This document shows positions 26,945 through 37,586 of a DNA stretch of 64,000 nt, in pieces. The stretch's first letter is position 1. The number at the start of each line of letters is the position of its first letter. The notes below the pieces were generated by a model. It saw only the letters and a program-made list of their open reading frames with translations. It had not been told where the DNA came from and did not search any database. Position numbers and translations under genes: made by a program. The DNA lies in the sequence record LR756504.1. One strand, written 5' to 3'.

Positions 26945-27387
26945 AAAATAAAATAGAAAGCATATTGTCTCCATATCCAATAACTCTTGTGATAAGTGCT
27001 ACAAATTACGAATTTGTAAAAAATCCTGATTATTATCATACAAAATTTTATTTTTCAGATAATAAGCATAAATGGCTTAATTTAGTTAAAATATTTGAAG
27101 ATATGAATATTGATAATGTGAAATATAATTGTAATGAATATAACTATAAAACAAGTGTTGAAATTAGCAATTTAACTATAATAAAAAATATAGATGATTT
27201 TATAGCTGATAAAAGATTAGAAATAATATATTATAAAAATAAATATTTAAAAAGCTACAAATATATTAAAATAACTCTTAATTCAATAGAAGAAGTAGAA
27301 GAAATTATTAATATACTTGTATTTCTATTAACAGAACCATCATACAAGAAATTAAAAAGAAATACTATTATAAACGAATTATTATGA
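26941..27387 (+). CDS. C-terminal-tag protein, paralog of 24786
   Basis: Ends YKKLKRNTIINELL*. Confidence 0.8.
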   Translation: MKNKIESILSPYPITLVISATNYEFVKNPDYYHTKFYFSDNKHKWLNLVKIFEDMNIDNVKYNCNEYNYKTSVEISNLTIIKNIDDFIADKRLEIIYYKNKYLKSYKYIKITLNSIEEVEEIINILVFLLTEPSYKKLKRNTIINELL

Positions 27388-27605
27388 AACCATTCGAACC
27401 AGGTGATAAAGTAGTTATTAAAACTGATATACTATCGCATAGTTTAAAAGATGTAGTATGTACAGTCATAACTTGTTATCAACTATACATGAATATAGAT
27501 TATGTAGTAACTATAGATTACGATAATTTTTTATATTATGCTGATAATTTCATGAAAATTAATAATAGAAAACATAGAATTAATAGATTATATGAAAATA
27601 AATAA
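27384..27605 (+). CDS. KOW-like tagged protein (PF.GD subfamily)
   Basis: Ends NNRKHRINRLYENK*. Confidence 0.8.
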   Translation: MKPFEPGDKVVIKTDILSHSLKDVVCTVITCYQLYMNIDYVVTIDYDNFLYYADNFMKINNRKHRINRLYENK

Positions 27606-27840
27606 AAAGCTTATAGGAAATGTGTATGATGTAGTTGTAGATAGTAGAAAAGATGGTGTAAATTACTTAACTATTATTGATGTAATACGCAGTGAAAAAC
27701 AAATCAAATTATTAGATAATAATAATAAAGAATTGTATATACGCTATGATATATTTTTATATTTAGAGATAAATGATTATATAATTTATTCTAAAGATAA
27801 AAATAGAATTAGAAAAATTAAATCCATTATTAATGAATAA
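27592..27840 (+). CDS. Tagged protein (IGNVY pair)
   Basis: Ends KNRIRKIKSIINE*; paralog of 28078. Confidence 0.75.
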   Translation: MKINKKLIGNVYDVVVDSRKDGVNYLTIIDVIRSEKQIKLLDNNNKELYIRYDIFLYLEINDYIIYSKDKNRIRKIKSIINE

Positions 27841-28075
27841 TATTAAACCATTCGAACCAGGTGATATAGTGATTGTTAGAAAAGATATACTATCCCACAC
27901 ACTAAAAAATAAAGTATGTACAATTAGAACTTGTTATTATCACATAACAAAAAAAGAATATGTAGTATCTATTAAGAATGGTAGTAATCTTTATTTTGGT
28001 AATCTTTACTGTGCTCGTTATTTTGAGAAGTATAACAGTAGAAAAGACAGAATTGAAAGTCTTAATTTAGATTAA
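27833..28075 (+). CDS. KOW-like tagged protein (PF.GD subfamily)
   Basis: Ends NSRKDRIESLNLD*. Confidence 0.8.
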   Translation: MNNIKPFEPGDIVIVRKDILSHTLKNKVCTIRTCYYHITKKEYVVSIKNGSNLYFGNLYCARYFEKYNSRKDRIESLNLD

Positions 28076-28077
28076 AT

Positions 28078-28353
28078 ATGGCTAAACCTGATGATATTAT
28101 TAAAATAGGAAATGTATATAATATAGTTAGAGATAATGATAGAGGTATATTTAAGGGGATAGAACTCTTAACTATAACTAATATTATGCATATTGATAGA
28201 GAAATTGTTGATAGAACAATTGAATCAATATTATCTAATGGTAAAGCATATGATATGAATTATGAAATGTTTCACTTTTTTCATAGAAATAAACATTTAG
28301 AATATTCAAAAGAAAAAACAAGAATTAGAAAGATAGAGTCATTAACTGAATAA
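28078..28353 (+). CDS. Tagged protein (IGNVY pair)
   Basis: Ends KTRIRKIESLTE*. Confidence 0.75.
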   Translation: MAKPDDIIKIGNVYNIVRDNDRGIFKGIELLTITNIMHIDREIVDRTIESILSNGKAYDMNYEMFHFFHRNKHLEYSKEKTRIRKIESLTE

Positions 28354-28374
28354 CTTTATGAGAAGTAAGAAAGC

Positions 28375-28806
28375 ATGAGAGTAGAATCATATCCATCATA
28401 TGAGTTTTATAAGAAGACTGGTATAGAAGGACTCTATACCGAATGGAACATTCCTAATGAAGCATTGGAGAATAATAATTTTATAGTAGATGGTAGATAT
28501 TTATGTGAAGATATTATATCACCAAAAATAGAGATACTTATAGAGGCATCTTACATGATGATTATTGATAGCAATAAAGAATTGAGTAGTATTAAAGCTT
28601 CTTCATTTATAGACAAACATAACGTTGTTTACGGGGCTATATCAAAGTTTAACTATTCGGACATTAAGTTCTTTACAGAGAACTATGATAACATATTAGA
28701 ATATAATAAAGGATGTAGGGATAAGTATAAGTTAATAGAAAAAATGTATGGTATTAGGCCACAATGGATAATGTCCACAGAGACATTACAATTAATTAAA
28801 CTTTAA
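28375..28806 (+). CDS. Hypothetical protein, paralog of 32962
   Basis: YPS.EFY.K..IEGLY.EW and G.ISKFNY.DIK.FTEN shared. Confidence 0.75.
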   Translation: MRVESYPSYEFYKKTGIEGLYTEWNIPNEALENNNFIVDGRYLCEDIISPKIEILIEASYMMIIDSNKELSSIKASSFIDKHNVVYGAISKFNYSDIKFFTENYDNILEYNKGCRDKYKLIEKMYGIRPQWIMSTETLQLIKL

Positions 28807-28822
28807 TAGATAAATTTAATTT

Positions 28823-29509
28823 ATGGATACTAAAATAGGAGTTGTTATTTCTTATAATAGAGAAAAAAGGTATGGATTTTTAATCTACAATGATGTTAAC
28901 TATTTCTTTTTTAATGACTCTAAAAAAAGAAGCGTAAGACATTTTTACAGAGGTGATGAAGTAGAATTTCAATTTGAACAAATTGATGATAGCCTACAAG
29001 CAATTAATGTAAAATTTATTAAGAATTCTTTTATAGATAAAATGATTGAAGAATATGAAAATAAAGGTTTTCTAATAGGATTTTTAAATATTATTAATGA
29101 TAAATATTTTGTTGTACATAAAACTAAAGTTGCTATTCCCATAGAAATATCTGAATGGGAAACTGATTTAGATAATACTTATACTAATCGTGTTAATCAA
29201 TTAGTCAAATTCAGATTACATAAGGGTGGTGATATAACAAGAAGGTTTAGAGCTACTATAATAGATAGAAAATTTACTTCTGAATATTCTAAATTAATTA
29301 ATATGTATATTTCACAAGAAAGTATGGATGTCAAAATTGATAGTAGAGGTAACAATAATTTTGGATATTGTGTTAAAATATTTGATAATATAAGTGGATA
29401 TATTACAGATAATATTTCTATCGGTGAAATTGAAAATGATAGTATAGTCAGTGTGAAAATTTCACAAGTATGTGAAAATAAATTCGTAAATTTAAAAATA
29501 GAAAATTAA
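28823..29509 (+). CDS. Cold-shock domain plus S1-like OB-fold RNA-binding protein
   Basis: GVVISYNREKRYGFL..YFFF (RNP1/RNP2-like), GDEVEF; two further OB-like beta repeats. Confidence 0.6.
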   Translation: MDTKIGVVISYNREKRYGFLIYNDVNYFFFNDSKKRSVRHFYRGDEVEFQFEQIDDSLQAINVKFIKNSFIDKMIEEYENKGFLIGFLNIINDKYFVVHKTKVAIPIEISEWETDLDNTYTNRVNQLVKFRLHKGGDITRRFRATIIDRKFTSEYSKLINMYISQESMDVKIDSRGNNNFGYCVKIFDNISGYITDNISIGEIENDSIVSVKISQVCENKFVNLKIEN

Positions 29510-29513
29510 CTAT

Positions 29514-29792
29514 ATGAAAATATTTAATTCAAATAGATACAAAAAAGTATCATACGGTACATTAGAAAAAGTTTTACTAAAACTTAAATATGAAAGAGTT
29601 GAATCAGAAACTAAATATAGAGTTTATGTTAATGATTCATATGATGCTGTAATAGCACTGCCCAATTATACTGATGATGTAATTTTAGATGATAGACATT
29701 ATAATGGTGTTGTTACTAATATTATTGGTATGGGAGTTTTACCTAATATTGACAAATTTGAAAACCTCATTGATAAAATGGATAATCTATAA
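29514..29792 (+). CDS. Hypothetical protein, possible HicA-like fold
   Basis: YGTLEKVLLKLKYERV..KYRVY pattern; catalytic His absent. Confidence 0.35.
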   Translation: MKIFNSNRYKKVSYGTLEKVLLKLKYERVESETKYRVYVNDSYDAVIALPNYTDDVILDDRHYNGVVTNIIGMGVLPNIDKFENLIDKMDNL

Positions 29793-29802
29793 TAACATGT
29801 TT

Positions 29803-30415
29803 TTATACACTAAACACAATACTTCTAATAATCTGAAATATTGGTATATAGAAAATTACGCTTAAAATAATGGTAAGTGTAATCAATATTAACACCAAGC
29901 TGCCATCACCAATTTTAACATCCAGTTTTAATAATTTATATGAAATAAAATATAATGGCGTATAGAATAGAAAGACTTCTATATTAAAGACGGATAAACA
30001 AAATATTAGTAATTTGTACATTTTAATTATTTTTTATATGTTAATAGAAAAATAAAGCCGAATACAAGAGTAGTAAACCCCGTAATAAATTCAACAAACA
30101 TTGCATTTCTGATACCTTCTATTAGAATGCATTCAGGAAATCCAACGAATGTAACAATTAAAAAACTAAAACAACATAGAGAAATGTATAATAGCAATTT
30201 AATATTTTTCATTTTTTCATTTTCCATAATAATTATTTTAAATATGTAGGCATAATCCCTAATTTAATATACCATTTAACAATTCTATCAACACAATTAC
30301 CAGCTTTTTTACTTAATAAAAGTAATGGCGATATTGGTGTAATCAATAATGTCAAAGTAATAACGAATACCAAAAATGATACAAATTTTAAAATTTCAAT
30401 AGTAATATTTTTCAT
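29803..30415 (-). other. Three small membrane-protein CDS (29803-30021, 30027-30227, 30233-30415)
   Basis: Hydrophobic 60-72 aa ORFs in tandem. Confidence 0.6.
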
Positions 30416-30456
30416 ATGTTAATTGTTATTTATTTTTATGATAAATTCAAACAATA

Positions 30457-31161
30457 TTATTCAAGGCTAATTTTTTCTACCACTTCTTTAAATCGAGGAT
30501 TCTTCATATTAGAATACTCCTGTTCAGTTATTTGATGCTCTGTATATTCAGTAATATCAAAATGCTTTATAGTATCTTGAATATAAGTATTCAAGAAGGT
30601 ATTTTCTCTATCAAGAATGGTTATACCAAATGAATATAGATTTTGCTTCTTAATAATATCATAAGAATCATTACCATAATCAACAACGTCTAAACCATCA
30701 ATAAGAAACATTGATTTAATATTTCTTAGATTATTTTTAAAATCTTTGGTTTTTTCACCAACAGATATTTTGTAATGTATATACATCATACAATCTTCTA
30801 TTTCGTTAATTTTTTGTAATCTATTAAACTCATTTTGAAGATCTATCATAGTCGATACTCTTCTACTGATTAACAACTGTAGCTGGTTCTGTTCTATAGT
30901 ATTCAATTTGTAATCTATTTTTTGTTCCTTTTCTATTGCCTGTTTATCTTGATAGAAATTAAACCATCCATCATATGCAGTAAAATAGATATTTATAAGT
31001 TTAATTATATTATTTGCTTCTGGCTTTTTCTCAATTTCTTGTTTTAGATTCTCGTTGGTTTCATACGCCCAACTCTTAATACCAAAGAATTTAGCAATAT
31101 TTTTTAATGCAATATTTCTTGCAATTTCTCTATCAGCCTGTGTAATAAATATATTGTTCAT
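30457..31161 (-). CDS. Hypothetical protein
   Basis: 234 aa, directly downstream of the structured element. Confidence 0.75.
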   Translation of the reverse strand: MNNIFITQADREIARNIALKNIAKFFGIKSWAYETNENLKQEIEKKPEANNIIKLINIYFTAYDGWFNFYQDKQAIEKEQKIDYKLNTIEQNQLQLLISRRVSTMIDLQNEFNRLQKINEIEDCMMYIHYKISVGEKTKDFKNNLRNIKSMFLIDGLDVVDYGNDSYDIIKKQNLYSFGITILDRENTFLNTYIQDTIKHFDITEYTEHQITEQEYSNMKNPRFKEVVEKISLE

Positions 31162-31180
31162 ATTTTATCAATTTTATTAT

Positions 31181-31267
31181 GGACACTGAGCAATCTCCGA
31201 TTGAAACCTCGCGAGTCATCTTTGTGGAATTGTCCCGTATTTGCATAACGGGATCGAAGACTCAGTG
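31181..31267. ncRNA. Candidate structured RNA or leader
   Basis: GC-rich; CACTGAG/CTCAGTG, TCCCGT/ACGGGA, CAATC/GATTG and GAGTC/GACTC helices. Confidence 0.5.
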
Positions 31268-31827
31268 ATATATGTAAATGTACTAAATAATATAGTGATA
31301 TGCAAATATTTATGAAATTATTGTATAGTAATTGAAGCAATTAATACAGTAATTGCTAAAATAAATGTTCCCACACCAGAAATAAAATATAATGGTTTCA
31401 TATATTTATTATCTTTATTACAATCAGCCAATAAAAAGGTGAAAATAATTACAACCAATTTAATGAAAACAACCCCAATAAGAATATACATAGTTTTTAT
31501 AGTTTAAATACTTGTATACTAATACAAAATATATTCCATTTTTAGGTATATTTTTAATCTATTGTAAATCAGTGTAATAGATTAATTATTAAAAATGTGG
31601 GAGTTTTTTATATAGAAACAAGTTCCTCATTATAAGAATTTTGTCTACAATATGTGTAATAATGGTTTAACATATTAAACATATTATTTTTTTAGCTAGA
31701 CATATCATAAAAATAATACATCAAAGCTCAACGTAGTTTTTAGAAAAATATTTCTCATTCATTACACCAAATATGGTATTTTATTCTGATGAATTTAATA
31801 ATTAAATCTAATTCATGTTTGATTTTA

Positions 31828-33891
31828 TCAATTGTGTTGATTTAGTTTCTTTATAGTAGCTTTTAATTCTTCAATCTTCTTATCTTTTTTAGCAATAGTC
31901 TCATTAGCTACAGATAATTCTAATACTAAATCAATATTAATATTATCTCTATTTTCTGCTTCAATATTTTTCTCTGCTATAGTATTATTAAGTTGTAGAT
32001 TTCTATCTCTTTCAACAACATATCTATTTGACCAATGTTCATGTAGTTTAGCGAACTCATTTCCCTTTCCGTCCAATTGATACTTATACCAACGTTCAGT
32101 AGCTTCTAATTCAACTTTAAGTTCTTGTTGATCACCATGACCAGTATTAAAAGCTTCTCCACCTAAATGAGATACTTTTTGAAATTCCTCCCATGAAAGT
32201 TTATGCCACTCATTACTGACTTCATTTAAGAAGTCTTCGCGTGTTAGTTCTATAGACTTTTTATTTTTTCCCATATTAAAATTACTTAATGTTTTTATTC
32301 AATAAATCAAACCATTACCCCTTTGGCATACCTAATTGTACAAAAGCCCAATATACTGAATATAGGACACCTAAACCAATCCATATCAATATGGTTAAAA
32401 TGTAATTATGCATAAAGTTAGGTCCAATACAACCACTAATTATAGCGGAGAAGTTAACTATTATGAATATTGCTAATATTTTTTTTAATGTCTTCATATT
32501 ATCTATTGGTATAATTTTATTTTTTATCTCTACGATTTTTAAAATCTTCGATGGTTTTATCTAACTCCTTAATAGAAGCATCAACGTCCTTATACATATC
32601 AGGTAAAGAATCTCTACCAAATTGTTTTTCTATTTCAAGAATACTATTCTTAATAGAAGTTAAACTGTCAATACAATTCTGCCAACTATTTTTCTTTTCT
32701 TCAGGTGTATTGATTACTCTAACAATTGCAAACCCTTCAGTAAAGTCACCATTATCATACTCAGTTTGTCTTACTTCAAACTCTCCTTTCCCAAGAGAAT
32801 TTAAAAATTCTTGTCTTGATACAAGACTTCCTTTAGAATTTCTACCAGTATAACCTATGGTATTTAGTTCAGCTAATTCAGCATCACTTAGAAAAGGTAA
32901 TGAAATTCTTTTGGTTAATTTACCCATCGAGGTTTCAATATTGTATGTCTGTATCATAGTCTTACTTTAAGTCTAATTCTATTTTTAATAATTCAATTGT
33001 TTTAGGTGATATTACCCATTCAGGTATAACCCCATATATTTGTTCTATTAACAGATAAAAATCACTATTCATGATATTATATAATATTATATTATGTGAA
33101 TTTTCAGTAAAATATTTAATATCATCATAGTTAAATTTAGAAATAACTCCAGCTAAAACATATAATTTATCCATTTCGTCATTAACTATTATACCTGTTA
33201 ATTCCGAGTTATCAGTAATGTGTTGCTTATAAAGTTTATTGATATTTATTTTTTTAAATTTTTTACCGCCACTATGTAAAGAATTATAATAAGATAAATT
33301 AAAAGATATAAACCATTCTTTATATAAACCTTCAATTTTTACTTTATTATAAAATTCTTTTGATGGATATCTCTCTTTTATTTTCACTATTTTTCGGTGA
33401 ATTGTAATAGTTTTTTAAACTTGTATTTTTTACATAAAGACGCTGGATGACATGACTTTAGAAACTCCGAACTCACATCATGCAAATAAACAGAATTTCC
33501 ATCAGGATATTCTTTATCCCCTACTTTATAGTAAGTACATACTACACTATCATTTTTATTAAGCTCTATAACCGCTGAGATAGATTTATCAGCATTGGTT
33601 ATTCTTACAGGCAAACCTAAAGCGCAATATAGTTTTTTGATATTCATATTATTTTTCAGTGAACTTGTCTAAGAAATCTTTTACGTATTCTGTATAATAT
33701 TCTTCTGCTTTTTCATGCGCTATATCAAGGTCATATTTATAATAAGGATAATAATTAATATTAAGTAATTCAGTAAAATATATTGTATAAGTAGCACCAT
33801 CTCTTAGAAGAAAACATACTACTACATTACTTACACTACCTGTATAATCATTTCCATTTGGGTGTAATCCCCACTGTATCTTTTTTATCAT
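31828..33891 (-). other. Six CDS (31828-32274 coiled coil, 32315-32497 membrane, 32517-32957, 32962-33387 paralog of 28375, 33387-33647, 33649-33891)
   Basis: Tightly packed minus-strand operon. Confidence 0.7.
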
Positions 33892-34066
33892 AATATTAGA
33901 ATTTAATCATCATATAGTTTAAGATAAGATACGTCTCATTAACAAGGCTTTTTCACACATAGTGAAATTACCATTGTAAATAAACCTATTTAGATTTTTA
34001 CATTGGTCAACTGTATTACATGAACTAATCCATTTAGAAATAATATCAATATTCTCTTCCATAGTA

Positions 34067-34098
34067 CAAAGGTAGTTAATTTTGTAGAGAAATACAAA
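34067..34098 (-). promoter_or_regulatory. Bacteroidota-type promoter, leaderless
   Basis: TTTG-N20-TACCTTTG-N4-ATG (short ORF MEENIDIISKW starting at 34062). Confidence 0.88.
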
Positions 34099-34518
34099 TT
34101 ATATTTTATAAAAATCAGAATTTGTTCTATAATCACCTAAATTAATAGTATCAAATTCATCAAGACTATTGTTTTTCATTACACCCAAATTGAATAAAGC
34201 AACATTAATACGCTCACAATGTGAGACATTATTGTTATCTACCAATATAGCACTTTGTTCACCAAAACCACCGAAATAGTCAGTCTGTGCTATTACGTAT
34301 TTAGCATTTAAATCTTCGGAAACTGGTTTTAATGTTTGATCAAAATCAAAATGTTCATCAAAATCTACAATTGGTGCATTTCTATTAAACTCTTCAATAG
34401 GAATAGCAAAAAATTCATTATGATTATTGTCAGCCAATTTTACTGAATGGACTTTAAACTTTTCAGCAATTATCTGTAAGTTTTCTTTATCTACAATTAC
34501 AATGTTTATACTGTGCAT
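34099..34518 (-). CDS. Hypothetical protein
   Basis: AQTDYFGGFGEQSA motif; has its own promoter. Confidence 0.75.
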   Translation of the reverse strand: MHSINIVIVDKENLQIIAEKFKVHSVKLADNNHNEFFAIPIEEFNRNAPIVDFDEHFDFDQTLKPVSEDLNAKYVIAQTDYFGGFGEQSAILVDNNNVSHCERINVALFNLGVMKNNSLDEFDTINLGDYRTNSDFYKI

Positions 34519-34537
34519 ATCCTTTTAATTTGTAATA

Positions 34538-34569
34538 CAAAGATATAAAAAATTGTAATCAAATACAAA
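34538..34569 (-). promoter_or_regulatory. Bacteroidota-type promoter
   Basis: TTTG-N20-TATCTTTG. Confidence 0.85.
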
Positions 34570-34580
34570 TATTTATGATA

Positions 34581-36810
34581 TTAATTAGTAGCATTTCCAA
34601 ATTTACCACAGATTCCGCACCTATGTATACCACCAAAATCATACCATTGGTGTTTACATAGTTTAGGTTTGGGTATATTTGTTTTCTTATTAGATAGTTT
34701 CTCTAACACATAAATACGCTCATCATTATTTAAACTTAGTATAAAGTTGTCTAATTGATTTTTATCCATATTTATATGAGTTTAAGAGCTTCTAATAATC
34801 CTATTTCAAGTGCATCTTCATATTTGACATATGAATCACTATTAAAATCATCATAATTTGTTAATATAATTTGTAATTCTTTCCCAAAGTAATTTACAGT
34901 AGAAAAGAATTTTAATTGATTTGGATATTCCGATGTATTATATAATACTTCTACTATACAGTTATGATTCTTTCTTAACCATGTCTGTAATTCGTATTGA
35001 GTTGGTATATTTACTAATACAGTTCCTATGTATTCGAATAAAAATCCTTTTTCTTCTGCTAATTTAGCTGTTTCGAATTTTATTTGGTCATCATTCATAT
35101 TACTTTATTTTATAAAATGTCTGTTTATGCTCTAATAAATAATTCCATCTTATGAAATATAGCTTTACCGTCTTCTATTTTATACAATGCAGAAGATGCT
35201 CTTCCTGATAATGGTGCTATACAACTATACACATATCTATAGATGTTTTCTTCTACATGTTCAAAGCATAGGATAGCCATAGCACCTCTTCTTTGTGGTT
35301 TATAATATAAAGCACACAATTCATCAAGAGATAAGCTATCATTTTCAATATGTTTAAAATTCAGGATAGCTCTAAAAGCCTCTGCATGTTCTTTGATTAT
35401 TTCAGAATAATCATTTTCTCTTAAGCCATAGCTATTTACCACTTCTTATACGTTTATGTTATCGACTTTGTTCAATTAAGTATAATGTTCCATCAACATC
35501 TAATCTACCTGCCCACCAACCCATACTAAACCATCCACCTTTAATTGATTTTACAAAGATAATTTTCTCAATAAAATCATCATTTACTTTCAAATCACCT
35601 TTTATAAAATAATCAGTTTCTTTTGAATATAACCAATCGCAATCTTTAACTTCACCTTTCCATAAAGATAGAGTATCTGAATCTATATTATTAAAAGGAA
35701 TTATCTCTGTAATAGTAACAGGACTTCTTCTGCTTTCTCTAATCTTACCATCATCGTAATAATTATACGTTTGATTAAGTTGTACTTCCATACTATTTAT
35801 TTTTACCAATTATTCTAATATGTTCTATCTTTGTTTCGTATACATTACAAGTGCAATCAACTTCTTTAATGTTGTTAACATCTAATACAACATACGTATA
35901 ATAATCATCATTAATAGAATACCCAATAATTTCACTCGAAGGGAAAATTCTTTTAATATGATTTATACATTTTTCTTTACATTCACTTTCTATCTCCGCT
36001 CTAAATTTGTGGATACAAGAGTCTAATGCTATTACAAATATAAATACGATTATAAATATAATCGCACCTAATATTTTTTCAATGGTTGATTTTTTCATAT
36101 CTTATTTCTCTAATTCTTTTTTAATTAATAATTTCAACATAACTGGTGAAATATTAGCACTACCATGACTTCTATTCATATTGTTGATGATAGTAAGCAA
36201 ATCTACTACATTAATACTTGTTTTTGCATAATCATTAGCTTCTAAAGCATTTACAATTTTTTTAGCATCTTCTAAAGTTTCAGAAGTAACTACAAAATAC
36301 TTACCGTGAGGTTTAGTATCAAATGGAATGTCGCTCGTAGGTTTTTCGGTTCTGCCTAGAATTTCAAAGCTTTTTCTTTCTACAATATATTGATTAGCCA
36401 TAGTATAAATGTTTAGTACCTTTGTATTACCATATAAATAATTCTGTAATTATTTAGAGAAAATAAATATTATGTTGTTCAGTATCCAATATAATAGATT
36501 CAACATTAAAGAAATTATCTCCTTCAATATAAGCATCTACTTCATCATTTACAAGTATTCTATCCACACTAATCTTAGATAGTAAATATTTTAAACGAAA
36601 TTCTTTATTGTCTTCTGTTTTAATAAAGTTGAGTCTATCGTGTTCCCATTGTTTTTTATAGGTTACATGAGCAAAACGTTGAATAATATGGCACAATTTA
36701 TCTTTATCCAATGGTAAACTACCATTATGTTTTAATGCAAGTAGCATCTGCATAATACTTAAGAAGATATTACCAAAATCATTATCACCGAACTTAATAG
36801 CTATTTTCAT
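34581..36810 (-). other. Seven CDS (34581-34769, 34772-35098 paralog of 8577, 35125-35442, 35459-35809, 35793-36098 paralog of the 56779 C-terminal domain, 36102-36401, 36454-36810)
   Basis: Operon behind the 36830 promoter. Confidence 0.7.
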
Positions 36811-36829
36811 ATTTCTAAATTTATTTATA

Positions 36830-36861
36830 CAAAGGTATTACAAATTGTATTAACATACAAA
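36830..36861 (-). promoter_or_regulatory. Bacteroidota-type promoter
   Basis: TTTG-N20-TACCTTTG. Confidence 0.85.
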
Positions 36862-36876
36862 TAATTCTATATTATT

Positions 36877-37569
36877 TTATCGTTTAATATTAAAAATATC
36901 TTGAATAATCCACACAACACCCTGTACGATAGTTATTAATATAACAATAGGGAGAACTAAATAGGTTATTGGATTTTTAAAATTGGGACCATCCAAGCTA
37001 TGTTTACCTTCGTAATTAACTCCGTTGGTTTTTATAACCTTAATCTTAATAAGGAATGTTTGTATCATATCTGCTACAATATCAAAGAATTTATTAAATT
37101 TTGATACACAGTTAACAATATTCCCTTCTTTATCAATATAACATTTATTACCATTTTTATCAATAAATGGTATATTATTTTCGTTTTGTTTCATAATTTA
37201 TTTAGTTTATAACATGTAATAAAACATTCCTATATCTTCATTTTTGTCTACGAACTCTTCCCATATTAAATGGAAATCTTTTTGTAATTCTATATCTTCT
37301 GGATTTTCTTTTACCCAATCAAATACTCCCACATAGTCGGCTTTATCCGATTCATCTTTAGGTCCAAAATAGAATAAATTCATATGATAAATTAAACCCT
37401 TCCTATGGTCCTTATAGTCAGATTTATCACTTATAATCCAATTCCATACTCTTTTTCTAATACCCTTGCGCTTCGTTTCTAAGTAGTCTAAAGCAGGAAA
37501 TAATTTGACATATTGTATAGTTCCCTTAATAGGTTTTTTCCTGTTGATATGAGATGGTAGATTTGACAT
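36877..37569 (-). other. Two hypothetical CDS (36877-37194 with TM, 37207-37569)
   Basis: Downstream of clpX in the same operon. Confidence 0.7.
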
Positions 37570-37586
37570 ACTGTATAGTTTCCTTA

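Noticed and set aside
221-28353. Integron-like cassette array or diversity-generating retroelement explaining the paralog arrays
   Set aside because: No integrase or reverse transcriptase in the window, no attC-like hairpins between genes, and no template/variable repeat pair with adenine-specific differences.
29514-29792. HicAB toxin-antitoxin module
   Set aside because: The HicA resemblance is weak, the catalytic His is missing, and no HicB-like neighbour is present.
31181-31240. Hammerhead ribozyme (GGACA-CTGAG...GAAAC...TGTCC)
   Set aside because: Position 8 is C rather than G (breaking the C3-G8 pair), and stem III and the UH cleavage site cannot be formed in register.
31158-31340. ORF-track 60-aa CDS
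   Set aside because: It overlaps the GC-rich structured element and has atypical composition; more likely non-coding.
36417-36424. Antisense promoter (TACCTTTG on the + strand)
   Set aside because: The -7 box is perfect but there is no TTTG at 19-21 nt and no downstream ORF; probably a relic or chance match.
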